This document shows, in pieces, positions 23,119-32,285 of a DNA stretch of 64,000 bases. Made by a program: the position numbers and the translations under genes. Each line of letters opens with the position of its first letter. The first letter of the stretch is position 1. This DNA comes from Escherichia coli (GTDB lineage Bacteria > Pseudomonadota > Gammaproteobacteria > Enterobacterales > Enterobacteriaceae), in NCBI RefSeq assembly GCF_030013205.1, contig NZ_CP122648.1, one strand, 5' to 3'. The notes under the pieces were generated by a model, which did no database searches, was not told the DNA's origin, and saw only the letters and a list, made by a program, of their open reading frames with translations.

Positions 23119-24585
23119 ATGCTACGTATCGCTAAAGAAGCTCTGACGTTTGACGACGTTCTCCTCGTTCCTGCTCATTCTACCGTTCTGCCGAATACTG
23201 CTGACCTCAGCACCCAGCTGACGAAAACTATTCGTCTGAATATCCCTATGCTTTCCGCAGCAATGGATACCGTAACGGAAGCGCGCCTGGCTATTGCTCT
23301 GGCTCAGGAAGGCGGTATCGGCTTTATCCACAAAAATATGTCCATTGAACGCCAGGCGGAAGAAGTTCGCCGTGTGAAAAAACACGAATCTGGCGTGGTG
23401 ACTGACCCGCAGACTGTTCTGCCAACCACGACGCTGCGCGAAGTGAAAGAACTGACCGAGCGTAACGGCTTTGCGGGCTACCCGGTCGTTACCGAAGAAA
23501 ACGAACTGGTGGGTATTATCACCGGTCGTGACGTACGTTTTGTTACCGACCTGAGCCAGCCGGTTAGCGTTTACATGACGCCGAAAGAACGTCTGGTCAC
23601 CGTGCGTGAAGGTGAAGCCCGTGAAGTTGTGCTGGCAAAAATGCACGAAAAACGCGTTGAAAAAGCGCTGGTGGTTGATGACGAATTCCACCTGATCGGC
23701 ATGATCACCGTGAAAGATTTCCAGAAAGCAGAACGTAAACCGAACGCCTGTAAAGACGAGCAAGGCCGTCTGCGTGTTGGTGCAGCGGTTGGCGCGGGTG
23801 CGGGTAACGAAGAGCGTGTTGACGCGCTGGTTGCCGCAGGCGTTGACGTTCTGCTGATCGACTCCTCTCACGGTCACTCTGAAGGCGTTCTGCAGCGTAT
23901 CCGTGAAACTCGTGCTAAATATCCGGATCTGCAAATCATCGGCGGCAACGTGGCAACAGCTGCGGGGGCACGCGCTCTGGCAGAAGCTGGTTGCAGCGCG
24001 GTTAAAGTCGGCATTGGCCCTGGCTCTATCTGTACGACTCGTATCGTGACTGGCGTAGGTGTTCCGCAGATCACCGCCGTTGCTGACGCCGTAGAAGCCC
24101 TGGAAGGCACCGGTATTCCGGTTATCGCTGACGGTGGTATCCGTTTCTCAGGCGATATCGCCAAAGCTATCGCCGCAGGTGCAAGCGCGGTAATGGTGGG
24201 TTCCATGCTGGCGGGTACTGAAGAATCTCCGGGTGAAATCGAACTCTACCAGGGCCGTTCTTACAAATCTTACCGTGGGATGGGCTCTCTGGGTGCGATG
24301 TCCAAAGGTTCTTCTGACCGTTACTTCCAGAGCGACAACGCTGCCGACAAACTGGTGCCGGAAGGTATCGAAGGTCGCGTGGCCTATAAAGGTCGCCTGA
24401 AAGAGATCATTCACCAGCAGATGGGCGGCCTGCGCTCCTGTATGGGCCTGACCGGCTGTGGTACTATCGACGAACTGCGTACTAAAGCGGAGTTTGTACG
24501 TATCAGCGGTGCGGGCATTCAGGAAAGCCACGTTCACGACGTGACCATTACTAAAGAGTCCCCGAACTACCGTCTGGGCTCCTGA
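23119..24585 (+). CDS. guaB: IMP dehydrogenase
   Basis: Start moved to ATG 23119 ([21 protein letters not shown]), giving 488 aa. CBS pair and catalytic loop [11 protein letters not shown]. Confidence 0.97.
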   Translation: MLRIAKEALTFDDVLLVPAHSTVLPNTADLSTQLTKTIRLNIPMLSAAMDTVTEARLAIALAQEGGIGFIHKNMSIERQAEEVRRVKKHESGVVTDPQTVLPTTTLREVKELTERNGFAGYPVVTEENELVGIITGRDVRFVTDLSQPVSVYMTPKERLVTVREGEAREVVLAKMHEKRVEKALVVDDEFHLIGMITVKDFQKAERKPNACKDEQGRLRVGAAVGAGAGNEERVDALVAAGVDVLLIDSSHGHSEGVLQRIRETRAKYPDLQIIGGNVATAAGARALAEAGCSAVKVGIGPGSICTTRIVTGVGVPQITAVADAVEALEGTGIPVIADGGIRFSGDIAKAIAAGASAVMVGSMLAGTEESPGEIELYQGRSYKSYRGMGSLGAMSKGSSDRYFQSDNAADKLVPEGIEGRVAYKGRLKEIIHQQMGGLRSCMGLTGCGTIDELRTKAEFVRISGAGIQESHVHDVTITKESPNYRLGS

Positions 24586-24653
24586 TTCTCTTCGCCCGAC
24601 TTCATGTCGGGCGATTTATATTATCTGTTTCACTTGCCTCGGAATAAGCGTCA

Positions 24654-26231
24654 ATGACGGAAAACATTCATAAGCATCGCATCCTCATTCTGGACTTCGG
24701 TTCTCAGTACACTCAACTGGTTGCGCGCCGCGTGCGTGAACTGGGTGTTTACTGCGAACTGTGGGCGTGGGATGTGACAGAAGCACAAATTCGTGACTTC
24801 AACCCAAGCGGCATTATTCTTTCCGGCGGCCCGGAAAGCACCACCGAAGAAAACAGCCCGCGTGCGCCGCAGTATGTCTTTGAAGCAGGCGTACCGGTAT
24901 TCGGCGTTTGCTATGGCATGCAGACCATGGCAATGCAGTTGGGCGGTCACGTTGAAGCCTCTAACGAACGTGAATTTGGCTACGCGCAGGTTGAAGTCGT
25001 AAACGACAGCGCACTGGTTCGCGGTATCGAAGATGCGCTGACTGCAGACGGTAAACCGCTGCTCGATGTCTGGATGAGCCACGGCGATAAAGTTACCGCT
25101 ATCCCGTCCGACTTCGTCACCGTAGCCAGCACCGAAAGCTGCCCGTTTGCCATTATGGCTAACGAAGAAAAACGCTTCTATGGTGTACAGTTCCATCCGG
25201 AAGTGACTCACACCCGCCAGGGTATGCGCATGCTGGAGCGTTTTGTGCGTGATATCTGCCAGTGTGAAGCCCTGTGGACGCCAGCGAAAATTATCGACGA
25301 CGCCGTAGCTCGCATCCGCGAGCAGGTAGGCGACGATAAAGTGATCCTCGGCCTCTCTGGTGGCGTGGATTCCTCCGTAACCGCAATGCTGCTGCACCGC
25401 GCTATCGGTAAAAACCTGACTTGCGTATTCGTCGACAACGGCCTGCTGCGTCTCAACGAAGCAGAGCAGGTTCTGGATATGTTTGGCGATCACTTTGGTC
25501 TCAATATTGTTCACGTTCCGGCAGAAGATCGCTTCCTGTCAGCGCTGGCTGGCGAAAACGATCCGGAAGCAAAACGTAAAATCATCGGGCGCGTTTTCGT
25601 TGAAGTATTCGATGAAGAAGCGCTGAAACTGGAAGACGTGAAGTGGCTGGCGCAGGGTACTATCTACCCTGACGTTATCGAATCTGCGGCGTCTGCAACC
25701 GGTAAAGCACACGTCATCAAATCTCACCACAACGTGGGCGGCCTGCCGAAAGAGATGAAGATGGGCCTGGTTGAACCGCTGAAAGAGCTGTTCAAAGACG
25801 AAGTGCGTAAGATTGGTCTGGAGCTGGGCCTGCCGTACGACATGCTGTACCGTCATCCGTTCCCGGGACCAGGCCTTGGCGTTCGTGTTCTGGGTGAAGT
25901 GAAGAAAGAGTACTGTGACCTGCTGCGCCGCGCTGACGCCATCTTCATTGAAGAACTGCGTAAAGCGGACCTGTACGACAAAGTCAGCCAGGCGTTCACC
26001 GTCTTCCTGCCAGTACGTTCCGTTGGCGTAATGGGCGATGGTCGTAAGTATGACTGGGTTGTCTCTCTGCGTGCTGTCGAAACCATCGACTTTATGACCG
26101 CACACTGGGCGCATCTGCCGTACGATTTCCTCGGTCGCGTTTCCAACCGCATTATCAATGAAGTGAACGGTATTTCCCGCGTGGTGTATGACATCAGCGG
26201 CAAGCCGCCAGCTACCATTGAGTGGGAATGA
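24654..26231 (+). CDS. guaA: GMP synthase (glutamine-hydrolysing)
   Basis: 525 aa with a GATase domain (GVCYGMQ) and ATP-PPase motif SGGVDSS. The last 4 codons plus the stop lie inside the prophage attL core. Confidence 0.97.
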   Translation: MTENIHKHRILILDFGSQYTQLVARRVRELGVYCELWAWDVTEAQIRDFNPSGIILSGGPESTTEENSPRAPQYVFEAGVPVFGVCYGMQTMAMQLGGHVEASNEREFGYAQVEVVNDSALVRGIEDALTADGKPLLDVWMSHGDKVTAIPSDFVTVASTESCPFAIMANEEKRFYGVQFHPEVTHTRQGMRMLERFVRDICQCEALWTPAKIIDDAVARIREQVGDDKVILGLSGGVDSSVTAMLLHRAIGKNLTCVFVDNGLLRLNEAEQVLDMFGDHFGLNIVHVPAEDRFLSALAGENDPEAKRKIIGRVFVEVFDEEALKLEDVKWLAQGTIYPDVIESAASATGKAHVIKSHHNVGGLPKEMKMGLVEPLKELFKDEVRKIGLELGLPYDMLYRHPFPGPGLGVRVLGEVKKEYCDLLRRADAIFIEELRKADLYDKVSQAFTVFLPVRSVGVMGDGRKYDWVVSLRAVETIDFMTAHWAHLPYDFLGRVSNRIINEVNGISRVVYDISGKPPATIEWE

Positions 26232-26233
26232 TT
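26217..26233. repeat. attL core (guaA 3' end)
   Basis: ATTGAGTGGGAATGATT, identical to 55362-55378. It covers guaA codons I-E-W-E-stop. Confidence 0.85.
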
Positions 26234-26277
26234 AACAGCTAACTCATAGCAAATCATTCCTATTCAGATGCCAACTC

Positions 26278-26310
26278 AACCCTCTGTTTTTGCAGAGGGT
26301 TTTTGTTTTT
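26278..26310 (+). terminator. phage-borne terminator now serving guaA
   Basis: AACCCTCTG-TTTTTG-CAGAGGGTT followed by TTTTGTTTTT. Its stem arms are identical to the native terminator at 55403-55432. Confidence 0.8.
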
Positions 26311-26356
26311 ATGTATTCATTTCTATTCACTCTACACCATATTTTTCGGCGGTACA

Positions 26357-26367
26357 GGTGACGGTAT
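26357..26367 (+). repeat. candidate integrase arm-type site (copy 1)
   Basis: GGTGACGGTAT, repeated at 55280-55290 near the other prophage end. GGTAC submotifs lie nearby at both ends. Confidence 0.35.
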
Positions 26368-26381
26368 TACCTTAAAGGTAT
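26367..26381. promoter_or_regulatory. phage palindrome site A (TTACC-TTAAA-GGTAT), upstream of int
   Basis: One mismatch to TTACC-N5-GGTAA. The right half overlaps the -10-like TATACT, 42 nt before the int start. Confidence 0.55.
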
Positions 26382-26423
26382 ACTCTCATACCGTCATGAA
26401 AATGGTTTCTATACGGGTGAATT

Positions 26424-27674
26424 GTGCTTACCGATACAAAATTAAAAAACCTCAAGCCGCAGGACAAACTGTACAAGGTCTCCGATCGTGACGGGCTGTA
26501 TGTAGCTGTGCTTACGTCAGGCACGGTCTCATTTCGTTATGACTACCGTATCAACGGTCGCCGCGAAACACTGGTAATCGGGCAGTATGGGCGTGACGGT
26601 ATCAGCCTGGCAGAAGCGCGGGAAGAACTGATTGCTGCAAAGAAGCTGCTTAAAGCAGGCCAGTCACCGGCTGCGGCTAAACGTGACGGTATCAAAAAGA
26701 TTCGTGGTGCCGAAACGTTTGCGGTACATACCGACAGTTATATGAAACACGTCATCCTGGCTGAAAGTACCCGCGCAATGAAGCAGGCAGTGATCGACCG
26801 TGACATACTTCCGGTTCTTGGCAACAAAATGATGGCTGAAATTACCACATCGATGGTTCGTGATTTGTGTGACCGGATTGTCGAACGCGGTGGCCGGGCA
26901 ACAGCAGTGCAGGCCAGGGAGATCATCAGCAGCGTATACCGTCACGCCAATGACCGTGGTCATGGTTTGTTTAATCCTGCGGCTGACATTAAGCCTTCGT
27001 CTATCGCCATATTTAAACCACGAGAGCGAACACTGACACCAGAAGAAATTGGCCTGTTCTTCCGCACGTTGGATGCCATTGGTGCTATGGGCACTATGAA
27101 AATGGCTTTAAAACTGGTGCTTATCACTATGGTTCGTAAGGGCGAATTCACCAATGCAACGTGGGATGAAATAGATTTTAAAAAATGGACATGGACAATT
27201 CCTTCAGACCGCATGAAGGGAAGCCGGGCGCATGTTATTTACCTGCCTAAACAGGCTCAGGATATATTGGTCGGGTTGCAGATGTGCGCTGGTGGAAGTG
27301 AATATCTGGTTCCTGGTCGTTACAATTTCCGGAAGCCATTATCTAATGCCGCGCTGAACTCTCTGATCGACAGAACGGTGAAAATAATAAATGAAGATGG
27401 TGAGCATATTCAGGATTTCACCGTACACGATATGCGCCGTACAGCCAGTACGTTGTTGCATGAGGCTGGTTATCCTTCAGACTGGATTGAAAAGGCTCTG
27501 GCACATGAGCAGAAAGGTGTGCGCGCCGTATATAACAAAGCGGAATACGCCAGACAGCGCGCCTACATGTTGCAGCAGTGGGCCGATATGATTGATTCCT
27601 GGATTAACGGGGAGCATACGGATCTGATTCCGTTCTCCCCGTCGAAGTTTGAGAAGTGGATGGCGGGGGAATAA
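26424..27674 (+). CDS. int: tyrosine integrase (P4-type, DUF4102 N-terminal arm-binding domain)
   Basis: 416 aa with a GTG start. N-terminus LTDTKLKNLKPQDKLYKVSDRDGLYV. Catalytic region HDMRRTASTLL...LAHE...VYNKAEY. Adjacent to attL. Confidence 0.92.
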   Translation: MLTDTKLKNLKPQDKLYKVSDRDGLYVAVLTSGTVSFRYDYRINGRRETLVIGQYGRDGISLAEAREELIAAKKLLKAGQSPAAAKRDGIKKIRGAETFAVHTDSYMKHVILAESTRAMKQAVIDRDILPVLGNKMMAEITTSMVRDLCDRIVERGGRATAVQAREIISSVYRHANDRGHGLFNPAADIKPSSIAIFKPRERTLTPEEIGLFFRTLDAIGAMGTMKMALKLVLITMVRKGEFTNATWDEIDFKKWTWTIPSDRMKGSRAHVIYLPKQAQDILVGLQMCAGGSEYLVPGRYNFRKPLSNAALNSLIDRTVKIINEDGEHIQDFTVHDMRRTASTLLHEAGYPSDWIEKALAHEQKGVRAVYNKAEYARQRAYMLQQWADMIDSWINGEHTDLIPFSPSKFEKWMAGE

Positions 27675-27677
27675 CGT

Positions 27678-27872
27678 TTAATTATTCTGCTGATTTTCTT
27701 CCATCTCGGCTTCTGCTGCCAGTGATTCAATTTTATCTGTGAATATTGCTGACAGTGTTGCAAATTCAGCATCAGTGACAGCGGGAATTGGAACAAACCT
27801 GATCCCGCTGTGTGCAAGCATGTTTGCAGTTTCAAGGCATTTCCTTAAATCTGATGGTGATGCCCTGTTCAT
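27678..27872 (-). CDS. small phage protein, unknown function
   Basis: Start placed at ATG 27872 (MNRASPSDLRKCLETANMLAHSGIRF...), which overlaps the methylase stop as ATGA (translational coupling). 64 aa with an acidic C-terminus. Confidence 0.6.
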   Translation of the reverse strand: MNRASPSDLRKCLETANMLAHSGIRFVPIPAVTDAEFATLSAIFTDKIESLAAEAEMEENQQNN

Positions 27873-28531
27873 GCTGCACGCTCCCGCCCCTGGTTGTCTG
27901 TTGGTGACAGCGGAGCATTGCTGAATGCATTTGTTAATCTGGCAATATCCAACGCGTATCCAGGGTGTAGTTGCACTGCCGGGTCTTCGCACTGATTACC
28001 CCAAACATCGAAACCATGAGACGACTGGCGGGCGAACAGTTCAATGCGAGAAACATCGCCTAACAATTGCACAAGTTTTTCACGAACGATATCTGGTTTT
28101 CTTGAATGCTCAAGCCGCGGTGCGGTAAATGACTGAACGATCCCTGCATTAATGCGCGTAGGTAGTTTTCCCTTTACTGCAAACAGGCAATCTTCACTAT
28201 TGGCGCGAGTCATGTGACCCATACCCATAACCAGTTTATCTGGTTGTCGACTACCACATTTTATCCACGTGAATCCCTTCATGGTCATCAGACGGAATCC
28301 CCAGGCCTCAACAACTTTTAGTGCTTCGAGTGGTTGTGTTGGCACCCACCACATGGCCAACAGACAGTTTTCATCGGCCAAATCCCACACAGGAAGGCGG
28401 CAGATATCCAGCACACTCATAACCGGATATTTAAAACCGGCACCGCGATTACCATCTGCGGCTTTGTCCCGGTATACCCAGGGTGGATCTGCATAGATTA
28501 GTGTGTATTTCTTAGTCATAAACCACCCCAC
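27869..28531 (-). CDS. MT-A70 family DNA N6-adenine methyltransferase (no cognate endonuclease visible)
   Basis: 220 aa with the catalytic motif IYADPPWVY and MT-A70-like blocks (LLAMWW, EAWGF, FTWIK). Confidence 0.8.
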   Translation of the reverse strand: MGWFMTKKYTLIYADPPWVYRDKAADGNRGAGFKYPVMSVLDICRLPVWDLADENCLLAMWWVPTQPLEALKVVEAWGFRLMTMKGFTWIKCGSRQPDKLVMGMGHMTRANSEDCLFAVKGKLPTRINAGIVQSFTAPRLEHSRKPDIVREKLVQLLGDVSRIELFARQSSHGFDVWGNQCEDPAVQLHPGYALDIARLTNAFSNAPLSPTDNQGRERAA

Positions 28532-28811
28532 AACATCCTATGCCGCTATAGTCGCCACGGCGAAGGCCGTTACCTTTTGTGATACATTGGTCCCTGCGAA
28601 CCGCGATCCTTGCACGCTCAACATCACCAGAAGCAACATCCATACACTGAAGCCAAAGGTGAGCGGCAATGCGGAACTGCCCTTTTTTCTCTCTTTCAAT
28701 CGCGCGTTTTTCGATCTCTATCGCCGCAGGAGTAACGGCGACAATCTTTGACGGACTGCGCATTGAAACCTTGTTCATGTGATATTTTTCAAGTCGGCTT
28801 AACTTTCTCAC
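28512..28811 (-). CDS. PerC/Pch-like transcriptional activator family protein
   Basis: 99 aa with an uncertain GTG start. Core AIEREKKGQFRIAAHLWLQCM...ERARIAVRRDQCI resembles the PerC pattern (LExxGxxRRAAxxW...C). Confidence 0.5.
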   Translation of the reverse strand: MRKLSRLEKYHMNKVSMRSPSKIVAVTPAAIEIEKRAIEREKKGQFRIAAHLWLQCMDVASGDVERARIAVRRDQCITKGNGLRRGDYSGIGCCGVVYD

Positions 28812-28920
28812 TTAATCCAACCCTCTCTGAAAATTAATGCCAGCAGATAAAGCCATGCTGAAACAGAGGCCAGGAATAAGTACCATCCTGACCATTTGCT
28901 CCAGTGCCTTAGCAGCACAC

Positions 28921-29169
28921 TCATGCCGCGTTGCTCACGGGACGATATACACGTTGCTGAACAGGAGGTTTTTTACCCTGGAACTCTGCCGGGCTTGCTG
29001 CCTGACGTTCATCAAGCCAACGCTCAACTTCATCACGGTTCCATGCGCAGCGTTTATCGGTGATATACCAGCGTTTAGGAAATTCCCCTGCGCGCTCCAT
29101 ACGGTCGATAGTGCTCCATGACAGTGGAACCACCGCCAGGAGTTCCTTCTTACCTAATGCACCTTTCAT
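28921..29169 (-). CDS. AlpA-family HTH protein, likely excisionase/regulator
   Basis: 82 aa. LSWSTIDRMERAGEFPKRWYITDKRCAWNRDEVERWL matches the AlpA/Xis-type winged HTH. Confidence 0.75.
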   Translation of the reverse strand: MKGALGKKELLAVVPLSWSTIDRMERAGEFPKRWYITDKRCAWNRDEVERWLDERQAASPAEFQGKKPPVQQRVYRPVSNAA

Positions 29170-29218
29170 AAATACCTCTCTTGGTTGCAGTGCGGCGCGC
29201 GTGGCGCCGCGGTGGTGG

Positions 29219-30160
29219 TTACATAGATGTTTCGTTTAATTCTTCCCGACGAACGCTGTAAACGTCGGTGGCTTTTGCCAGCAGTTCGTCATCATCTGAA
29301 AGTTTTTGTGCAATGTATTTGTAAGCCTTATCCAGTTCGGAGACAGTGCTGTAATTCATCGCTGCGCTGGTAAAGGCCATCAGCATTTCTTCTGGATCAC
29401 GGCTGTCCGATTTACGCGTTTGCTCATCAGGCTTTTTCGCTGGTTTAGCGTTGATCAGACTGTTCATTCCCGCAGCAGTGGTCGTTTGCGGAGTAATGTC
29501 TCGCTCAACGCGCGGTGCCGTTTCCTGTAATTCGTCTGGGGTGTAGACGCCCATGATTACGTCAGGACAGTGCAGGCGAGACCAGCGTTTTGTCGCAAGG
29601 TATGCGAGTTGTTGTTTCGGATCACTGGCCCAAAGTGTGGAGTTTCTTACCTGTGCTTGAGACAGCATTAACTCAAGCACTCGAGGTTGATCCTCGCCCT
29701 TCATGGTTGCCCATACGCGAACACCGCAGCCTTCTTCGTCTTTTAGAGTCCAGCCTGGTGCGATATATGGATTGCCGTTTTTGGATGTTTTCTCAACAAA
29801 CTTACCGATCACGCGTTCCCACGGCCCGAACCACTCGTAGTTGATGCGATCTTTTGTTGGCGACATCGTTGAGATAACTGCGTTTACTAATTGGGCTTCA
29901 TAACCTAGCGTGCCGTTCACAACATGGGTTTTCTGAGCCACGGCAAACGGGTTCATTCCCCACTGCGCAGCCTGCATTGCCACGGCCATGCAATCAGCTG
30001 GTTTCCCGGCGAGGTGCGCCGGTACCGTTACGCGGCTTTGCGCCATTACCTCGGCGAATTTCATCAGTTGGTTCAAGCCGTCTGGGCTGAAAATAGTTGC
30101 AGCAGTTCCAGCGATTGCTGTGTCTACTGGTGCGTTGATGTTTGCGATGTCGTTGCTCAT
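29219..30160 (-). CDS. RecT-family single-strand annealing protein
   Basis: Start at ATG 30160 (MSNDIANIN), overlapping the upstream stop as ATGA. RecT-like core ...WGMNPFAVAQKTHVVNGTLGYEAQL... Confidence 0.8.
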   Translation of the reverse strand: MSNDIANINAPVDTAIAGTAATIFSPDGLNQLMKFAEVMAQSRVTVPAHLAGKPADCMAVAMQAAQWGMNPFAVAQKTHVVNGTLGYEAQLVNAVISTMSPTKDRINYEWFGPWERVIGKFVEKTSKNGNPYIAPGWTLKDEEGCGVRVWATMKGEDQPRVLELMLSQAQVRNSTLWASDPKQQLAYLATKRWSRLHCPDVIMGVYTPDELQETAPRVERDITPQTTTAAGMNSLINAKPAKKPDEQTRKSDSRDPEEMLMAFTSAAMNYSTVSELDKAYKYIAQKLSDDDELLAKATDVYSVRREELNETSM

Positions 30161-30978
30161 ATGTACATATCCTGTTTGCGTGCCCACTCAGGGCGTTTAA
30201 TGATTTCCACACCGCCCCATTCATCATTGATGCGGCATTCGTGATAGGTATTCAGATCCCGGCGGAACAGAGCGTGCCCGGCATCGACATCCTGCGCATC
30301 CAGCTCGAACACGCGTACCGGATACCGACCACAATCAATGCTTTCGCTCACGGCAAGAAAGAAAAAACCATGCGGCTGACCAGTAACCCTCATTGCGCCT
30401 TCGCGGTACATTGCGTCCTGCACGTGGTAGCGGAATTCCTCGATGTGGCGTGCAAAACGGTCCATATCTGCAACCTTTTTCACGTCGACGATCACGTTGT
30501 GCTCGTTCAGCCATTTGTCTGGACGAATTCGGCACAACTCCCCCGTCTCTTCATCGTTCCAGTACATTGATGCTTCGCAGTAACCAGGTGCTTCCAGCAT
30601 CCAGCGTGCCGCCGGGTGAGCCATTGCGCTATCACGCATCAGCTCCAGTTTCCGCCACTGCTCGGCATCAAGTACCGTAATCCCCATATCCGCCACATCA
30701 CGAAGAAATTCCTCTTCGTCAGCTTTACCTTGTTTCGTCCGACGATCGAATTTCGGTGAAACAATGAAGCGTTTGTCGAACTCTCCAGGCTCCAGAAGCA
30801 GACAGTGCAATGCGGTTCCCATATCCAGTGCAGACTTTTTCTCTTCGTCTTCTGGTGCTGCCTGAACCCATTTAAGAAGCGCCGGATTCTTGGCAACCAT
30901 GTCCAGTTGCGACTTACTCACGCCGTCACCGGCGTGGTAGTCTTCGTTGCTGATGTCGAAATAAATTCCCGGTTTCAT
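30157..30978 (-). CDS. PD-(D/E)XK exonuclease (RecE-like, DUF3799-type)
   Basis: 273 aa. N-terminus GIYFDISNEDYHAGDGVSKSQL and nuclease motif IVDVKK. Paired with RecT. Confidence 0.75.
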   Translation of the reverse strand: MKPGIYFDISNEDYHAGDGVSKSQLDMVAKNPALLKWVQAAPEDEEKKSALDMGTALHCLLLEPGEFDKRFIVSPKFDRRTKQGKADEEEFLRDVADMGITVLDAEQWRKLELMRDSAMAHPAARWMLEAPGYCEASMYWNDEETGELCRIRPDKWLNEHNVIVDVKKVADMDRFARHIEEFRYHVQDAMYREGAMRVTGQPHGFFFLAVSESIDCGRYPVRVFELDAQDVDAGHALFRRDLNTYHECRINDEWGGVEIIKRPEWARKQDMYI

Positions 30979-31274
30979 GCCGCGTCCCTCTGCCCATCAA
31001 GCTGATCAGCCAGATCCCAGCGGGCGATAATTGCCATTGCCTCGCGCCGGTAGGCATCCATTAGTTCTTCGAACTCAGGGCTGTCTTTAGCGGCCTCCAG
31101 TACTTCCTGGCGAACGCCTTTAACTGTTACAACGTCGAAAGTTGATGCCAGTTGATGAAGCCGGATACTCTCAATCAGTTCAACTTGTCGGTCATATAGC
31201 TGTTCTGACAGACGGTAGTCCTTGTCGAATGCCAGCATGATTTTTTGAAGATTTTTCTGCTGATTAACGTTCAT
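30975..31274 (-). CDS. hypothetical early protein
   Basis: ORF with its start placed at ATG 31274 (MNVNQQKNLQ...). Its stop overlaps the exonuclease start. Confidence 0.55.
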   Translation of the reverse strand: MNVNQQKNLQKIMLAFDKDYRLSEQLYDRQVELIESIRLHQLASTFDVVTVKGVRQEVLEAAKDSPEFEELMDAYRREAMAIIARWDLADQLDGQRDAA

Positions 31275-31276
31275 TA

Positions 31277-31429
31277 TCAGCCCTCCCATATCTCGTTATC
31301 GTTGGCCACATCGCGAGCTTCTTTGCTGACGAAAGCCCACTTAATGCCTTCCTGTAAGGTGCGGAACTTCCAGCTCATGAATCCGCATGCAGTAACGCAG
31401 TACCAACCGTTGATGATTTTCCACTGCAT
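31277..31429 (-). CDS. hypothetical 50-aa early protein (first gene of leftward operon)
   Basis: Hand-translated MQWKIINGWYCVTACGFMSWKFRTLQEGIKWAFVSKEARDVANDNEIWEG, below the ORF-track cutoff. A GAGGT Shine-Dalgarno lies 10-14 nt upstream, and the ORF sits just downstream of palindrome site B. Confidence 0.45.
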   Translation of the reverse strand: MQWKIINGWYCVTACGFMSWKFRTLQEGIKWAFVSKEARDVANDNEIWEG

Positions 31430-31448
31430 AACTTGTTACCTCGGTCTG

Positions 31449-31463
31449 TTACCGTTGAGGTAA
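31449..31463. promoter_or_regulatory. phage palindrome site B (TTACC-GTTGA-GGTAA), leftward early promoter
   Basis: Perfect half-sites, 19 nt upstream of the 31429 start. The -10-like AATTAT abuts it on the upstream side. Confidence 0.65.
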
Positions 31464-31510
31464 TAATTATGCGTATATGGTTTGATGTCAATAGATATGA
31501 GTTAAAAAAA

Positions 31511-31525
31511 TTACCCGTTAGGTAA
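31511..31525. promoter_or_regulatory. phage palindrome site C (TTACC-CGTTA-GGTAA)
   Basis: Perfect half-sites, located between the repressor-gene terminator and site B. Confidence 0.6.
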
Positions 31526-31535
31526 TCGAATAGGC

Positions 31536-31561
31536 AATAAAAAAGCCGCCATAAGGCGGCT
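31536..31561 (-). terminator. intrinsic terminator of the repressor gene
   Basis: Minus strand reads AGCCGCC-TTAT-GGCGGCT followed by TTTTTATT. Confidence 0.8.
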
Positions 31562-31582
31562 TACTTACTGAAAAATATGGTT

Positions 31583-32167
31583 TTATTGTTTGTTTTTTTC
31601 GTTCTGGTTGATGACAAATTCAATGTAACTTTCGATCTTTGCTTTCTCGGTTTCGGGTAACAATGCGTAGCGCGAGCGATCATAGTTGATGGTCGCAGGG
31701 TCGTGCGGGTGAATCAGTAATTCATAGCCGTGACGCCCGAATGCGGATGCAACATTCTCCAGGGTGGAAATGGAAACGCTGACCTCATTGTTTAACAGGC
31801 GGCTGATTGTCACCTGGGCTACGCCGGATGCGCGGTGAAGTTTTCCCTGTGTTGAAAGGTCGCGGCTTTCGCTCATCCAGCGTTCCAGGTTGTGAGCCGC
31901 CAGCTGGCCAATGTCGCTTGGGCCGACAGGCTGAAAACCTTCCTGAGAAAGCGAGCGATCGATATCAAGCCAGTTACGGGGTTTATTGGCGGCAGCTTCA
32001 ATTTTTCGTGCAACCTGGTCGCCGATAACCTTCTTGCCAAGAGCCCAGCGGTTTACCAGATTTGCCTGAGTTCCAAGTTTTTCAGCCATCCGCGTCTGAA
32101 CACCATTGAATTCACGGTCGATCAAGTCGTTGAGATTTTGCCTGCGGACGTCCTGGATACTTTTCAT
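31583..32167 (-). CDS. prophage repressor candidate with two XRE-type HTH domains
   Basis: 194 aa. HTH 1 is QTRMAEKLGTQANLVNRWALGKK. HTH 2 is QGKLHRASGVAQVTISRLLNNEVSVSISTLENVASAFG. Divergent from a Cro-like gene across a region with three palindrome sites. I see no S24 peptidase-like C-terminus. Confidence 0.7.
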   Translation of the reverse strand: MKSIQDVRRQNLNDLIDREFNGVQTRMAEKLGTQANLVNRWALGKKVIGDQVARKIEAAANKPRNWLDIDRSLSQEGFQPVGPSDIGQLAAHNLERWMSESRDLSTQGKLHRASGVAQVTISRLLNNEVSVSISTLENVASAFGRHGYELLIHPHDPATINYDRSRYALLPETEKAKIESYIEFVINQNEKNKQ

Positions 32168-32222
32168 TTTCTGGAAAATCGCCTCATATATGAATCAGTA
32201 GATGATTCAATTTAAAGCAATA

Positions 32223-32237
32223 TTACCCAACAGGTAA
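32223..32237. promoter_or_regulatory. phage palindrome site D (TTACC-CAACA-GGTAA)
   Basis: Perfect half-sites in the repressor/cro intergenic region. On the repressor strand GGTAATATT supplies the -10-like TAATAT. Confidence 0.65.
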
Positions 32238-32239
32238 AT

Positions 32240-32254
32240 GCACCTCATAGGTAA
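32240..32254. promoter_or_regulatory. phage palindrome site D' (GCACC-TCATA-GGTAA)
   Basis: Degenerate left half (2 mismatches), 2 nt from site D. Confidence 0.45.
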
Positions 32255-32270
32255 CTATCCTTGATTTTTG

Positions 32271-32285
32271 TTACCTTATGGGTGA
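32271..32285. promoter_or_regulatory. phage palindrome site E (TTACC-TTATG-GGTGA), overlaps rightward promoter
   Basis: One mismatch. It overlaps a candidate promoter with -35 TTGTTA (32268-32273), a 17-nt spacer and -10 TATTAT (32291-32296), ahead of the cro-like ATG at 32322. Confidence 0.6.

Noticed and set aside
26303-26491. 62-aa ORF spanning the attL-int interval and overlapping the integrase start.
   Set aside because: It has no Shine-Dalgarno, overlaps the promoter and palindrome region and int in another frame, and has a low-complexity translation.
28812-28895. 27-aa hydrophobic minus-strand ORF (MVRMVLIPGLCFSMALSAGINFQRGLD) between the AlpA-like and PerC-like genes. It could be a Kil-like membrane peptide.
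   Set aside because: It is too short to support from sequence alone, and there is no convincing ribosome-binding site. It is noted only as something to check by ribosome profiling.
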